Below are positions 1 to 8,375 of a DNA stretch of 64,000 nucleotides, piece by piece. This stretch comes from an uncultured Rickettsiales bacterium (GTDB lineage: Bacteria; Pseudomonadota; Alphaproteobacteria; Rickettsiales; UBA8987), in contig CAZPQM010000010.1 in NCBI GenBank assembly GCA_964588995.1, positions 910 through 64,909 on the forward strand. The letters run 5' to 3'. The first letter of the stretch is position 1. Each line of letters opens with the position of its first letter. The position numbers and the translations under genes are program-made. Under the pieces are notes generated by a model. That model saw only the letters and a list, made by a program, of their open reading frames with translations, had not been told where the DNA came from and searched no databases.

Positions 1-519
1 ATCGAGGTAGGAGATTTCACACGCGCTCTCACCTTTAAGGAACAGGAACTGGCACGCGCCTTCATTCGCATAGATTTTCGCCGGGAGCGTTGTGGTGTTA
101 GAAAATTCGAGCGTGACATGCCCCTCCCATTCCGGTTCCAGCGGGGTGACATTGACGATAATGCCGCAGCGGGCATAGGTGGACTTACCGACACAGATCA
201 CCAGTACATCACGCGGGATGCGGAAATATTCCACCGTACGCGCCAGCGCGAAGGAGTTCGGCGGGATGACGCAAATATCGGTCTGCCGGTCGACGAAACC
301 CTTCTGATCGAAGGCTTTCGGATCAACGGTAGCGGAGTCCACATTGGTGAAAATTTTGAACTCATCGGATACGCGCGCATCATAGCCATACGAGGAAAGG
401 CCATAGGAAATCAGCCCCTGCGCTTTTTGATCCTGCTTGGTCTGCCCGTCGATAAACGGCTCAATCATGCCGTGCTTATTGGCCTGTTCGCGAATCCAGT
501 GATCGGGTAGAATCGCCAT
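1..519 (-). CDS. dcd: dCTP deaminase, N-terminal 173 codons (C-terminus lies beyond the window start)
   Basis: Absent from the ORF track because it runs off the edge. My translation of the minus strand from the ATG at 519-517 gives [100 protein letters not shown], the conserved dCTP deaminase core. The + ORF 118-510 is its antisense shadow. Confidence 0.9.
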   Translation of the reverse strand, partial: MAILPDHWIREQANKHGMIEPFIDGQTKQDQKAQGLISYGLSSYGYDARVSDEFKIFTNVDSATVDPKAFDQKGFVDRQTDICVIPPNSFALARTVEYFRIPRDVLVICVGKSTYARCGIIVNVTPLEPEWEGHVTLEFSNTTTLPAKIYANEGACQFLFLKGESACEISYLD

Positions 520-526
520 CGCGGTG

Positions 527-1477
527 TTACTGGGTGGTTGCGTCGGTTTCAACCTCATTCGGCGCAAGCGTCGCAGGAAGTTTGCCGGAATCTTTTACCC
601 GGTCCTGTAACTGTTCAGCTGGCGTTCCGGGGGTATCGGATTTTTCTTCCTGCATAAAGATATCCGGCTTATTGCCTTCGGGCGTATCATGCGTATCCAT
701 TTTGTTTTTCAGGTCAAGCGCTTTAGCCGGAACATCTGCCGCTTCGCGCTTAGTGGTCGGCTCATCTTTCAGCGCTTCAACATCGACTTCCGTCGGCAAC
801 TCGATATCGCCGGTCTCTTCATATTTTACATCCGGCATCGCATCATTCGGCACCTCACCTTCCGCCTCTACCGCACCTTCGACTTGCTCCACATCCACTT
901 CCGGTTCAATGATTTCCTCTTTCGGTTCCGGTAACGGCAAATCACTATCGCCCATGGAACGCATATAAGCTATCACGTCGGCATTCTGTTCATATTTCTT
1001 TTTAAAGCCAATATAAGCCATCTTGGTGCCGCGGATATATTGCTTCGGGTTCTTTAAGAAGGCATACATGCTTTCATAATCCCACCCCTGATCGGCAGTC
1101 TCCATCAAGGCTGCGGAATAGGCAAAGCCGGCCTTGCTGCCACGCGGATCATTCAGTACGCTCCATAAATTCGGCCCGGTCTTATTGGCGCCGCCCTGTT
1201 CAATCGAGTGGCAGGTAGCGCACTTCTTGTTAAAAATATCCTCTCCGCTTTCAACACTGGCATTTGCGAGCAACGTGCCGAGATCAGGATCTTTTTCTTC
1301 CTCCACGACGGCACCGGTATCTTCGGGAACATCAATCGAATAGCCACGTTTTTCTGCCTCATCGTACGTTCCTGCGCCATAAAAAATTTTGGCGATGGTA
1401 CCTGCCAACATGGCAATCAGGCCCGCCAGCAAAATGGCAGCGGCAATTTTATTGATCTCTAAGTCTTTTTGATCCAT
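527..1477 (-). CDS. membrane-anchored class I cytochrome c (CycM-like) with an acidic low-complexity C-terminal tail
   Basis: 316-aa ORF with an N-terminal TM helix ([20 protein letters not shown]), a CATCH haem-binding motif, GPNLW and a GTKMAYIGF Met-ligand region typical of mitochondrial-type cytochrome c. The last ~140 aa are E/D/P/T-rich. Confidence 0.85.
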   Translation of the reverse strand: MDQKDLEINKIAAAILLAGLIAMLAGTIAKIFYGAGTYDEAEKRGYSIDVPEDTGAVVEEEKDPDLGTLLANASVESGEDIFNKKCATCHSIEQGGANKTGPNLWSVLNDPRGSKAGFAYSAALMETADQGWDYESMYAFLKNPKQYIRGTKMAYIGFKKKYEQNADVIAYMRSMGDSDLPLPEPKEEIIEPEVDVEQVEGAVEAEGEVPNDAMPDVKYEETGDIELPTEVDVEALKDEPTTKREAADVPAKALDLKNKMDTHDTPEGNKPDIFMQEEKSDTPGTPAEQLQDRVKDSGKLPATLAPNEVETDATTQ

Positions 1478-1578
1478 CTCTATAGCTCGTGGTGGTTAGT
1501 GCTAAAGAATTGTGTTGCACTATATACCGGGGTTGTTCTGTGGATTCAAGCTTAACTGTATAAAAGGAAGAGGAAGAG

Positions 1579-2421
1579 ATGATTGAAAATACCGTGATTG
1601 CGATTCCGGCACGGATGGCCTCGGTGCGCTTGCCCGGCAAACCGCTGGTGGAAATTGCCGGAAAGCCCATGATTGCACATGTTGTCACCCGAGCACTGGA
1701 AGCGGAGTTGGGCGAGGTGATTGTCGCGTGTGATGATGCGCGGATCGCAGAAGTCGCCGAGCAGGCAGGCGCCATTCCGGTTATGACGGGCGATCATCAC
1801 CAATCGGGCAGTGACCGGATTGTAGAGGCCTTGGAGAAACAGTACGGTCTTTTGACCCCTCACCCTAACCCTCTCCCGGCGGGAAAGGGGATAAAGAAGG
1901 TAATCTCTCCCTCTGGGAGAGGTCGAGACAGCGCAGCTGTCGAGGGTGAGGGAATAAACGTCCCGGATATCATCGTCAACCTGCAAGGTGATCTGCCGAC
2001 GATTTCACCGCAAGCTATCCGCGCCGCCGTAGCGCCGTTTGTGCACACTGAGGCCGACATCGTCACGCTTGCCGCGCTGATTCACACCCCGGAGGAGCGC
2101 GAGAACCCGAATGTGGTCAAGCCGGTCGTCGCGTGGCATGCGGACGAAACCGAAGGCCGCGCGCTTTACTTCACCCGCGCAACGGCGCCTTACGGTGAAG
2201 GCACGCTCTACCATCATATCGGACTCTATGCCTATCGTCGCGATGCGCTCATGCGCTTTACCAAGCTGCCGCCAAGTAAGCTCGAGCAACGCGAGCGGCT
2301 GGAACAACTCCGTGCATTAGAAAACGGGATGAAGATTCATGTAGTGCGCGTGGATGAGGTGCCCCTCGGCGTCGATACCCCGGCTGATGTGGAAAAGGCC
2401 GAGGGGATGCTGCAAATATAG
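1579..2421 (+). CDS. kdsB: 3-deoxy-manno-octulosonate cytidylyltransferase (CMP-KDO synthetase)
   Basis: The 280-aa ORF matches the KdsB pattern throughout: IPARMASVRLPGKPL, GKPMI, DHHQSGSDR, NLQGDLP, HIGLYAYR, LEQLRALENG, GVDTPADV. It carries a ~32-aa insertion (see repeat 1857-1952). Confidence 0.9.
   Translation: MIENTVIAIPARMASVRLPGKPLVEIAGKPMIAHVVTRALEAELGEVIVACDDARIAEVAEQAGAIPVMTGDHHQSGSDRIVEALEKQYGLLTPHPNPLPAGKGIKKVISPSGRGRDSAAVEGEGINVPDIIVNLQGDLPTISPQAIRAAVAPFVHTEADIVTLAALIHTPEERENPNVVKPVVAWHADETEGRALYFTRATAPYGEGTLYHHIGLYAYRRDALMRFTKLPPSKLEQRERLEQLRALENGMKIHVVRVDEVPLGVDTPADVEKAEGMLQI
1857..1952. repeat. 96-bp palindromic element inserted in-frame in kdsB
   Basis: Termini ccctcaccct (1857-1866) and agggtgaggg (1943-1952) are perfect inverted repeats, and inner ctctccc / gggagag motifs also pair. 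The element encodes ..PHPNPLPAGKGIKKVISPSGRGRDSAAVEGEG.. between the conserved KdsB blocks DHHQSGSDRIVEALEK and DIIVNLQGD. Confidence 0.65.
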
Positions 2422-2486
2422 TTGTACTATGGACAGTCCCGTAATCCCATGCTAGCAGTCTAATTTTTAATCTTGGAGGAGCATAG

Positions 2487-3527
2487 ATGACCCCCACCGA
2501 ACCGATTGAGCACCAAATCCCAACGCCTGAGCTAGTGGGGATTGGCCACGCGATTGTCGATATCCTTGCCTATAAGGATAAACGTTTTCTGGAAAATAAC
2601 GGCTTTACGCTTGGCTCGATGCAGTTGATTGATGACGAGCAGGTGGCGAAGCTCACGCCGCTCATGGGCGCGGCAACAGAGTGTTCCGGCGGTTCTGCCG
2701 GCAACACCCTCGCCGGTTATGCCATGCTCGGCGGGCATGCGGCGTTTATCGGCAAGGTGCATAGCGACAAGATGGGCGAGATTTTCATTTCTGATATGGA
2801 GCGCGTCGGCGTGCATTATGCCGGGGTGAAGGAAAGTACGGGCGCCCCCACCGCGCGCAGTCTGGTAATGGTCACCGAAGAACCCGACCCGTATGGCGGG
2901 CAACCGGATGTGGAACGCACGATGGCAACCTATCTCGGGATTGCCGGTCAGTTGCGTGCAGAAGATATCGACGACGATGTGATAGCCTGCGCGGAAATCT
3001 TCTATATCGAGGGCTATCTCTGGGACGACGAAGCGACGAAAGACGCCATCCGTCACGCGATTGAGGTCGCGAAACAGAACAACACCAAGGTCGCCTTTAC
3101 GCTCTCCGATCCGTTTTGCGTCGAGCGGCATCACGCGGAATTTCTCGAACTGGTGAAAGAGGATGTTGATATTCTGTTTGCGAATGAGCATGAAATCGAG
3201 GCGCTCATCGGCGAAGGCAGCGACTTGAAGAAAATCCTTCACCGCACCGGGCAGATGGTGGAAACCGCCGCCATTACCCGCTCGGAGCGGGGCTCGTATG
3301 TGGTGCATCAGGGCGAGGTACACGGTATCGATCCGGTAAAAGTTGACAGCGTGTTTGACGTAACCGGCGCGGGAGATCTCTATGCATCCGGCTTTCTTTA
3401 CGGCTATATTAACGGCTTCGAGATGCCAAAAGCCGGGCGGCTTGCGAGCCTATGCGCCTCTGAAGTGATCCAGTATCTCGGCGGGCGACCGGTCACCAAA
3501 CTGCCGAAATTGTTTGAACGGTTATGA
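2487..3527 (+). CDS. PfkB-family carbohydrate/nucleoside kinase (adenosine-kinase-like)
   Basis: 346-aa ORF with the N-terminal GIGHAIVDI motif, GGSAGNT, and the C-terminal DVTGAGDLYASGFLYG PfkB signature. Confidence 0.8.
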   Translation: MTPTEPIEHQIPTPELVGIGHAIVDILAYKDKRFLENNGFTLGSMQLIDDEQVAKLTPLMGAATECSGGSAGNTLAGYAMLGGHAAFIGKVHSDKMGEIFISDMERVGVHYAGVKESTGAPTARSLVMVTEEPDPYGGQPDVERTMATYLGIAGQLRAEDIDDDVIACAEIFYIEGYLWDDEATKDAIRHAIEVAKQNNTKVAFTLSDPFCVERHHAEFLELVKEDVDILFANEHEIEALIGEGSDLKKILHRTGQMVETAAITRSERGSYVVHQGEVHGIDPVKVDSVFDVTGAGDLYASGFLYGYINGFEMPKAGRLASLCASEVIQYLGGRPVTKLPKLFERL

Positions 3528-3544
3528 TGCCTACCACTTTTACT

Positions 3545-3903
3545 GTCATCCTGAGCGGAGAGCGTTTCGCTCGCAGTCGAAGGATCTTATGAAACAGTAT
3601 TATGTATATATTCTTACCAATTATGCGTGTACCGTTCTGTATACGGGGGTCACTAACAATTTAGAACGAAGAATGTTGGAGCATATCCAGAAACGTGTTC
3701 CAGGTTTTACTCAAAAATACAATGTAACCCGCTTGGTATACTTTGAAGATAGCGTAAGTATTGAAGCTGCGCTTGCCCGGGAAAAACAAATTAAAGGATG
3801 GACACGCAAAAAGAAAATCGCCCTGATTGAAGGGGTTAATCCGAACTGGGATGATTTGACTGCAACGTGGTTTAAAGATTCTTCGGCTACGCCTCAGAAT
3901 GAC
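3545..3903 (+). mobile_element. palindromic element carrying a GIY-YIG ORF between its arms (candidate autonomous copy of the 96-bp hairpin family)
   Basis: The left arm gtcatcctgagcgg..gtcgaaggatctt (3545-3588) and right arm aagattcttcgg..cctcagaatgac (3875-3903) are inverted repeats at both their outer and inner ends. The same arms, joined by a 14-nt loop, form the ORF-less copy at 33168-33263. Confidence 0.6.
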
Positions 3904-3924
3904 AAGATGGAAGAGTACGCATGA
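3589..3924 (+). CDS. stand-alone GIY-YIG nuclease family protein (UPF0213-like, ~110 aa)
   Basis: From the ATG at 3589: MKQYYVYILTNYACTVLYTGVTNNLERRMLEHIQKRVPGFTQKYNVTRLVYFEDSVSIEAALAREKQIKGWTRKKKIALIEGVNPNWDDL, the full small GIY-YIG pattern. The track ORF start at 3514 is an upstream read-through of the left arm. The stop overlaps the ampG ATG (ATGA at 3921-3924). Confidence 0.85.
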   Translation: MKQYYVYILTNYACTVLYTGVTNNLERRMLEHIQKRVPGFTQKYNVTRLVYFEDSVSIEAALAREKQIKGWTRKKKIALIEGVNPNWDDLTATWFKDSSATPQNDKMEEYA

Positions 3925-5297
3925 CCGGCTTTGGTGCCTATCTGAAACCGAAACTGATCGTCGTGCTGCTGCTCGGCTTTTCGAGCGGTTTGCCGCGGCT
4001 GCTGATTGCTTCTACCTTAAGTGCGTGGCTTTCGGATAGCAATATTGAGCGTGCAGCGATCGGACTGTTTGCCTATGTTTCCCTGCCGTACAGCTTCAAT
4101 TTTCTTTGGGCACCGTTTATCGATAATCTGCGCTTGCCGCTCTTTTCAAGGCTGGGTCGGCGCGTTGGCTGGGGTATTTTTGCGCAAATGATGGTCGCAG
4201 GCAGCCTGATCTGGCTCGGTCTTAGTGACCCGGCGATAGCGCCCGCGATGACGGCGCTAGCCGCACTATCGGTCGCGTTCTTCTCCGCCTCGCAGGATGT
4301 GGTGATTGATGCCTACCGGACGGAGTATCTCGAAAGCGCCTATTACGGGCAGGGGGCGGCCAATGCGGTGTTCGGCTATCGGCTCGGGATGCTGGTAGCG
4401 GGTGCGGGTGCGCTCTTTTTCGCCGATCATATTCCGTGGACGCAGGTCTATTTCATCATGGCGGCCTTCATGCTGGTTGGTATGATTACGCTGCTGCTGT
4501 CGGGTGAGCCGATAGTTGCAACGTCATCGCCTGAATCGCACAGCGATTCTAGGGCGATCTCCACCAACGCAGCACATGATTCCCCTAGAATTGCCACTGG
4601 CAATTCAGGGAATGACGTTAAAGCAAACTTCTTCCACCATGCCGTGATTGAGCCATTTACCGAGTTCGCCCGTGCGCATCCGCATTGGTTGCTGATTCTA
4701 CTGCTGATCGCCTTCTACCGTATGCCGGACGGGTTTATCGGCTTTATGGCGACGCCCTTTATGCTGGATATCGGCTTTAGCAAAACCGAGGTGGCGAGCA
4801 TCAGCAAACTCTACGGCTTTATCGCGATGACGATCGGCACGATTGCAGGCGGGGCGCTGGTCGGTAAATGGGGGCTATGGCGCGCCTTGTTCTGGTTCGG
4901 CATCATGCAGGTGCTCGCCAATCTGTCGTATCTGTTGCTGGCTAGCTATGGCGCAGAGATCGCGTTGTTGATGGTAACGATTTCACTCGATCAGCTGGCA
5001 GGCGGTCTGGTGACCGCTGCTGCGATTGCCTATATGATGAAGCTCTGCGATCCGCGCTTTACCGCGACGCAATATGCATTGCTGGCAAGCCTTGCCTCCC
5101 TTGCGAGCATATTGCTTGCCGGTGCGGCCGGTTGGGTCGCCGATCAGTATGGCTGGCCGGCGATGTTCAGCCTGTCGGCCTTTATGGGCCTGCCCGCGCT
5201 CGCGCTCCTGCTGCGGTTGAAGGGGCATGTGTCATTTGAAACGCCAGACAAAGCTGAAGGTGAGGAAGCGCGCATCGTCAATCGGGATAACGGTTAA
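3921..5297 (+). CDS. ampG: AmpG-family muropeptide MFS permease
   Basis: 458-aa polytopic ORF. The N-terminus LLGFSSGLPRLLIASTLSAWL and the multi-TM layout are typical of AmpG. The central loop contains a 32-codon repeat insertion. Confidence 0.8.
   Translation: MTGFGAYLKPKLIVVLLLGFSSGLPRLLIASTLSAWLSDSNIERAAIGLFAYVSLPYSFNFLWAPFIDNLRLPLFSRLGRRVGWGIFAQMMVAGSLIWLGLSDPAIAPAMTALAALSVAFFSASQDVVIDAYRTEYLESAYYGQGAANAVFGYRLGMLVAGAGALFFADHIPWTQVYFIMAAFMLVGMITLLLSGEPIVATSSPESHSDSRAISTNAAHDSPRIATGNSGNDVKANFFHHAVIEPFTEFARAHPHWLLILLLIAFYRMPDGFIGFMATPFMLDIGFSKTEVASISKLYGFIAMTIGTIAGGALVGKWGLWRALFWFGIMQVLANLSYLLLASYGAEIALLMVTISLDQLAGGLVTAAAIAYMMKLCDPRFTATQYALLASLASLASILLAGAAGWVADQYGWPAMFSLSAFMGLPALALLLRLKGHVSFETPDKAEGEEARIVNRDNG
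4522..4617. repeat. 96-bp palindromic element inserted in-frame in ampG
   Basis: cgtcatcgcctgaat (4522-4536) is the inverted repeat of attcagggaatgacg (4603-4617) with 2 mismatches, and inner gattctaggg / ccctagaatt also pair. The element encodes ..SSPESHSDSRAISTNAAHDSPRIATGNSGND.. in the central loop. Confidence 0.65.
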
Positions 5298-5307
5298 GCG
5301 TTTATAA

Positions 5308-5457
5308 CGTCAACGCGAACGCTGTGCCGCGATCTCGGGCCGCAGCATTTCGCAAGAGATTGCCACGCGGCTTTGTCACTCGCAATGACAGACAACGGGT
5401 CATTCTGAAGACCGGAAGATCCGTTGCCGTAACTGCTATGAAGCTCCTCAGATCAAG
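5308..5457. repeat. two adjacent palindromic elements filling the ampG-phoB intergenic region
   Basis: Element 1 (5308-5389) is cgtcaacgcgaacg..gcgatctc // gagattgccacgcgg..ctcgcaatgac. Element 2 (5399-5457) is gtcattctgaagaccggaagatcc .. gaagctcctcagatcaag, a degenerate copy of the gtcatYctga / tcagRatgac family. Confidence 0.55.
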
Positions 5458-5487
5458 CCCGGAGAAAACAATCAATAAGAAAAATAA

Positions 5488-6198
5488 TTACGCCTTATCC
5501 AGCATGTAGCCTTTACCGCGCACAGTCTGGATGAGGTTTTCCAGCGGCTCATGGACTTTGGCGAGGGCTTTCCGCAAGCGACGAATATGAACATCCACCG
5601 TGCGGTCTTCCACATAGACGTCTGTTCCCCAGACAGTATCGAGCAAATGCTCGCGCGTGAACGCTTTTCCGGGATGTTCCATCAGGTAGGTTAGAAGACG
5701 GAACTCGGTTGGGCCAATGTGAATCGGCTGCTCCTGAAAACTTACGATGCAGCGGTTCATATCAGCCTTCAAGCCTTCAAAATAAAGCTCCCCGGTGGTC
5801 AGTGACGGGCGCGTTCGCCGCAGGACGGCTTTAATCCGCGCGGTCAGTTCTTTCGGTGAAAACGGCTTTACGATGTAATCATCGGCACCGGTATCGAGCC
5901 CCAAGAGCTTGTCATGCTCCTCACCGCGTGCGGTCAGCATAATCACGGGAATCGATTGCCAGTTATCATGCGCGCGGATGTTTTCGAGCACCTCCATGCC
6001 GGACATTTCCGGCAGCATCCAGTCCAGCACGATAAGATCAGGCACTTTTTCCTGCACCTGAAACAAGCCTTCCTGACCAGTTTCGGCAAGGCGAATGCTA
6101 AAACCCTCTTTTTCGAGATTATATTGCAACAGCAGGCTGATTGGCTCCTCATCCTCAACGACGAGAATATCCACTTTCATGTTGCTTGCTTTAGCCAT
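5488..6198 (-). CDS. OmpR/PhoB-family response regulator (PhoB-like)
   Basis: REC domain (ILVVEDEEPI, LIVLDWMLPEMSG, ADDYIVKPF) plus a winged-helix output domain (VDVHIRRLRKAL, IQTVRGKGY). The longest ORF reaches 6231; the likely start is the ATG at 6198 or 6180. Confidence 0.8.
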   Translation of the reverse strand: MAKASNMKVDILVVEDEEPISLLLQYNLEKEGFSIRLAETGQEGLFQVQEKVPDLIVLDWMLPEMSGMEVLENIRAHDNWQSIPVIMLTARGEEHDKLLGLDTGADDYIVKPFSPKELTARIKAVLRRTRPSLTTGELYFEGLKADMNRCIVSFQEQPIHIGPTEFRLLTYLMEHPGKAFTREHLLDTVWGTDVYVEDRTVDVHIRRLRKALAKVHEPLENLIQTVRGKGYMLDKA

Positions 6199-6246
6199 AG
6201 ATAAAAGTGTACGGCAATTCTCAGACTGCAAGCAAGTATAAAGTCG

Positions 6247-6663
6247 CTAACGTACGAGTATAAAACCGAATTGGGCAAGTATGACTGCGGCCAGAATCAA
6301 CATGGGAAATAACGTCAGCTGCATACCGCGCATACGAAATGTGCTGACATTTTGTAAGGCGTTATTATCTATTTTTTCCGCTTTCAAAAAGGCATAAGCA
6401 TGAAAAATGCGGCCGAGTAGAAATGCGAACGCAAGGATGGCAAGTGCCGGCGAAGAAAAGCCATTCACCTCAGCTAATAGCAGCAGGATGGCAAAGAGCG
6501 GTGTATACTCCCCGAAATTTGCCTGTGCGCGTATACGTTGCTGTAAATACAGCTCATTATTATCCAGAATCGGCACTTGTAGCTTGCGCCGAGCCTTAAT
6601 CACCTGCAGTGAAAGAAACACATACATGAACACAAATAGGGGAATAAAAAGTGAACTTACCAT
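6247..6663 (-). CDS. MAPEG-family membrane protein
   Basis: 138-aa protein with four hydrophobic segments. RIRAQANFGEYTPLFAILLL and GRIFHAYAF resemble the MAPEG/YecN pattern. Confidence 0.65.
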   Translation of the reverse strand: MVSSLFIPLFVFMYVFLSLQVIKARRKLQVPILDNNELYLQQRIRAQANFGEYTPLFAILLLLAEVNGFSSPALAILAFAFLLGRIFHAYAFLKAEKIDNNALQNVSTFRMRGMQLTLFPMLILAAVILAQFGFILVR

Positions 6664-6675
6664 GATTATCTCCTG

Positions 6676-8100
6676 CTAAAATAACCCGCGCAACCGATCC
6701 CTAAGGCCCTCAACATTGCGGTCGATACGGCCTTTATACCGGTCCAGCATATTCTGTTGGAATTCTTTAAGACTTTTCGGATCTACATCGGCTTTGAAGG
6801 TGGGCATCTGCCCGTAATAGCTCGGATGCGACGACAGATGCTCCGCTGCTACGGTGAAAACGGGGAAGCCGGGGATGAGGGTCACCTCTTCCAGTCGGAG
6901 CGACTTGACGACCCAGGCGGCGTGCGGTGCAAGTAGATCGTAGTTCGCATCCCGCAACAGGCGGATGACTTCCGGGGACGTGCCTTGCTCCGCTTCCATC
7001 CGGTCTATCGCGGTGGGAGCCACCTGCTCATAGCGTTTCAGCCATCCTTTGAAATCCTCCGCGCGCTGTTTGAGCGCCTGTATATAATCATAATAAGCGC
7101 GCACATCACCCATCCGGAACTCGGTCGACGGAAGGCTAAGCCCTTTGCGTTCGCGCTCCTGCGCTTCAGCGGCTGCCTGAGTACGCGGCGTATCCATCGC
7201 CGCGCGGAATACAGAAACATCATCCAACACCACCCGCCCGCGTAAGAGCTCATAGAGGGAGAGGTCGGCCGATATACGGTAGGCATCAAAGATATTAAAT
7301 TCCGGCTTTTGTGGGTCGGCAATCAACAGGTCTTTGACGTGCAGGCTGCCAAAGATCAGCGAAACATCCACCGAGGAGACGTTCACTTCGCTTTGCGCAA
7401 TCGAAGACAGCGCGATCTCAATCGAGCGTTTCGCGATCCGATCCGCAGTAAACATGTAGATTACGCTTATGATCACGAACGCACAGAGCGCTCCGAATAT
7501 ACGCATGACCGCAAACAGCCCGGGATATTGATAGGCCTGATCAATTCCCTCACGCTCATCTAAGATGAACCGGAGCAGCGAGCCTATCGCCGGTTTTTCG
7601 AGCAGTTTAGCAAGTTTGGCGTCGGCTTCGCTACCATATTCTATGACGCTACCTACGCGCCGCAGCAGACCAGCGCCCAGCATCGCGAGCAAAAGCCCGC
7701 CTATCAGCATAATCGGCACACTTCCGGCAAGTGCATAAACATGTAAATCCATCAATGCGAGCACCGGCTTCGTACTCGCATAGGTTACGAATTCCGCATA
7801 GGGCGTCTCCCGCATCATCCATTGCCCGATGCCATGCGTAACAGGGGCAAGCGCCAGCTTGCAGATCAACCCCAGACTGTAGCTCAGGGCAAACAGCATG
7901 CCGTTCACATTCAGAAACAAAAACAGCATGAACAGGAGGACAACCGTCGCATTCAAGCCCGGGGTCATCCCCGCGGCAAAGCCAAGAAAGATGGCACCGA
8001 ACAGTTGCGTGTAGGTATGCCCACCGCGAAGCACTTTGAGCAATTCAATGCCATTACGGATGGCGAAAGACACAAGAGAAAACAGGGATCTAACGGCCAT
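6676..8100 (-). CDS. polytopic membrane protein of unknown function (possibly a fused TIGR03546/DUF2062-like plus TIGR03545-like protein)
   Basis: The track ORF reaches 8298, but its first 66 codons overlap the upstream lipoprotein gene and look non-coding, so the ATG at 8100 (MAVRSLFSLV) is preferred. An N-terminal multi-TM block is followed by a TM helix and a ~300-aa soluble part. The family assignment is from memory only. Confidence 0.45.
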   Translation of the reverse strand: MAVRSLFSLVSFAIRNGIELLKVLRGGHTYTQLFGAIFLGFAAGMTPGLNATVVLLFMLFLFLNVNGMLFALSYSLGLICKLALAPVTHGIGQWMMRETPYAEFVTYASTKPVLALMDLHVYALAGSVPIMLIGGLLLAMLGAGLLRRVGSVIEYGSEADAKLAKLLEKPAIGSLLRFILDEREGIDQAYQYPGLFAVMRIFGALCAFVIISVIYMFTADRIAKRSIEIALSSIAQSEVNVSSVDVSLIFGSLHVKDLLIADPQKPEFNIFDAYRISADLSLYELLRGRVVLDDVSVFRAAMDTPRTQAAAEAQERERKGLSLPSTEFRMGDVRAYYDYIQALKQRAEDFKGWLKRYEQVAPTAIDRMEAEQGTSPEVIRLLRDANYDLLAPHAAWVVKSLRLEEVTLIPGFPVFTVAAEHLSSHPSYYGQMPTFKADVDPKSLKEFQQNMLDRYKGRIDRNVEGLRDRLRGLF

Positions 8101-8332
8101 AGAGTCGGTAATCTTCGCGGATACGTTCCTGCTGCTCGAGCGTACGGTTGATATCGCGCTCAGTGGCCCGCATCTGCTCCCATTGGCGGCGCTCCAACTC
8201 GCGGATGCAATTGCTAAAGGCGGCAGTGCCTTCGCTGAAGCCGCGTTGCTCGCACGTAGCGTGATTTTGCTCGTCCAGCGTGGCGGAACAGGCAGCAAGC
8301 AGCGCTAAAATGAGGAAACTGAAATACTTCAT
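8090..8332 (-). CDS. small lipoprotein
   Basis: From the ATG at 8332: MKYFSFLILALLAAC|SATL, a signal peptide with a lipobox. The mature part has a C..RGFSEGTAAFSNC motif. It overlaps the next gene start by 11 nt. Confidence 0.6.
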   Translation of the reverse strand: MKYFSFLILALLAACSATLDEQNHATCEQRGFSEGTAAFSNCIRELERRQWEQMRATERDINRTLEQQERIREDYRLYGR

Positions 8333-8375
8333 AGCGCGGAGTATAACGCAGAACGATAGCCGATTGAAACGGAAA

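Noticed and set aside
118-510. 130-aa plus-strand ORF at the left edge
   Set aside because: The opposite strand encodes an excellent dCTP deaminase match across the whole interval. The plus ORF has no recognisable features and is an antisense shadow.
3514-3588. Upstream extension of the GIY-YIG ORF (track start at 3514, a TTG codon)
   Set aside because: The extension is a translation of the element's left arm and of the kinase gene's end. The conserved GIY-YIG N-terminus begins at the ATG at 3589.
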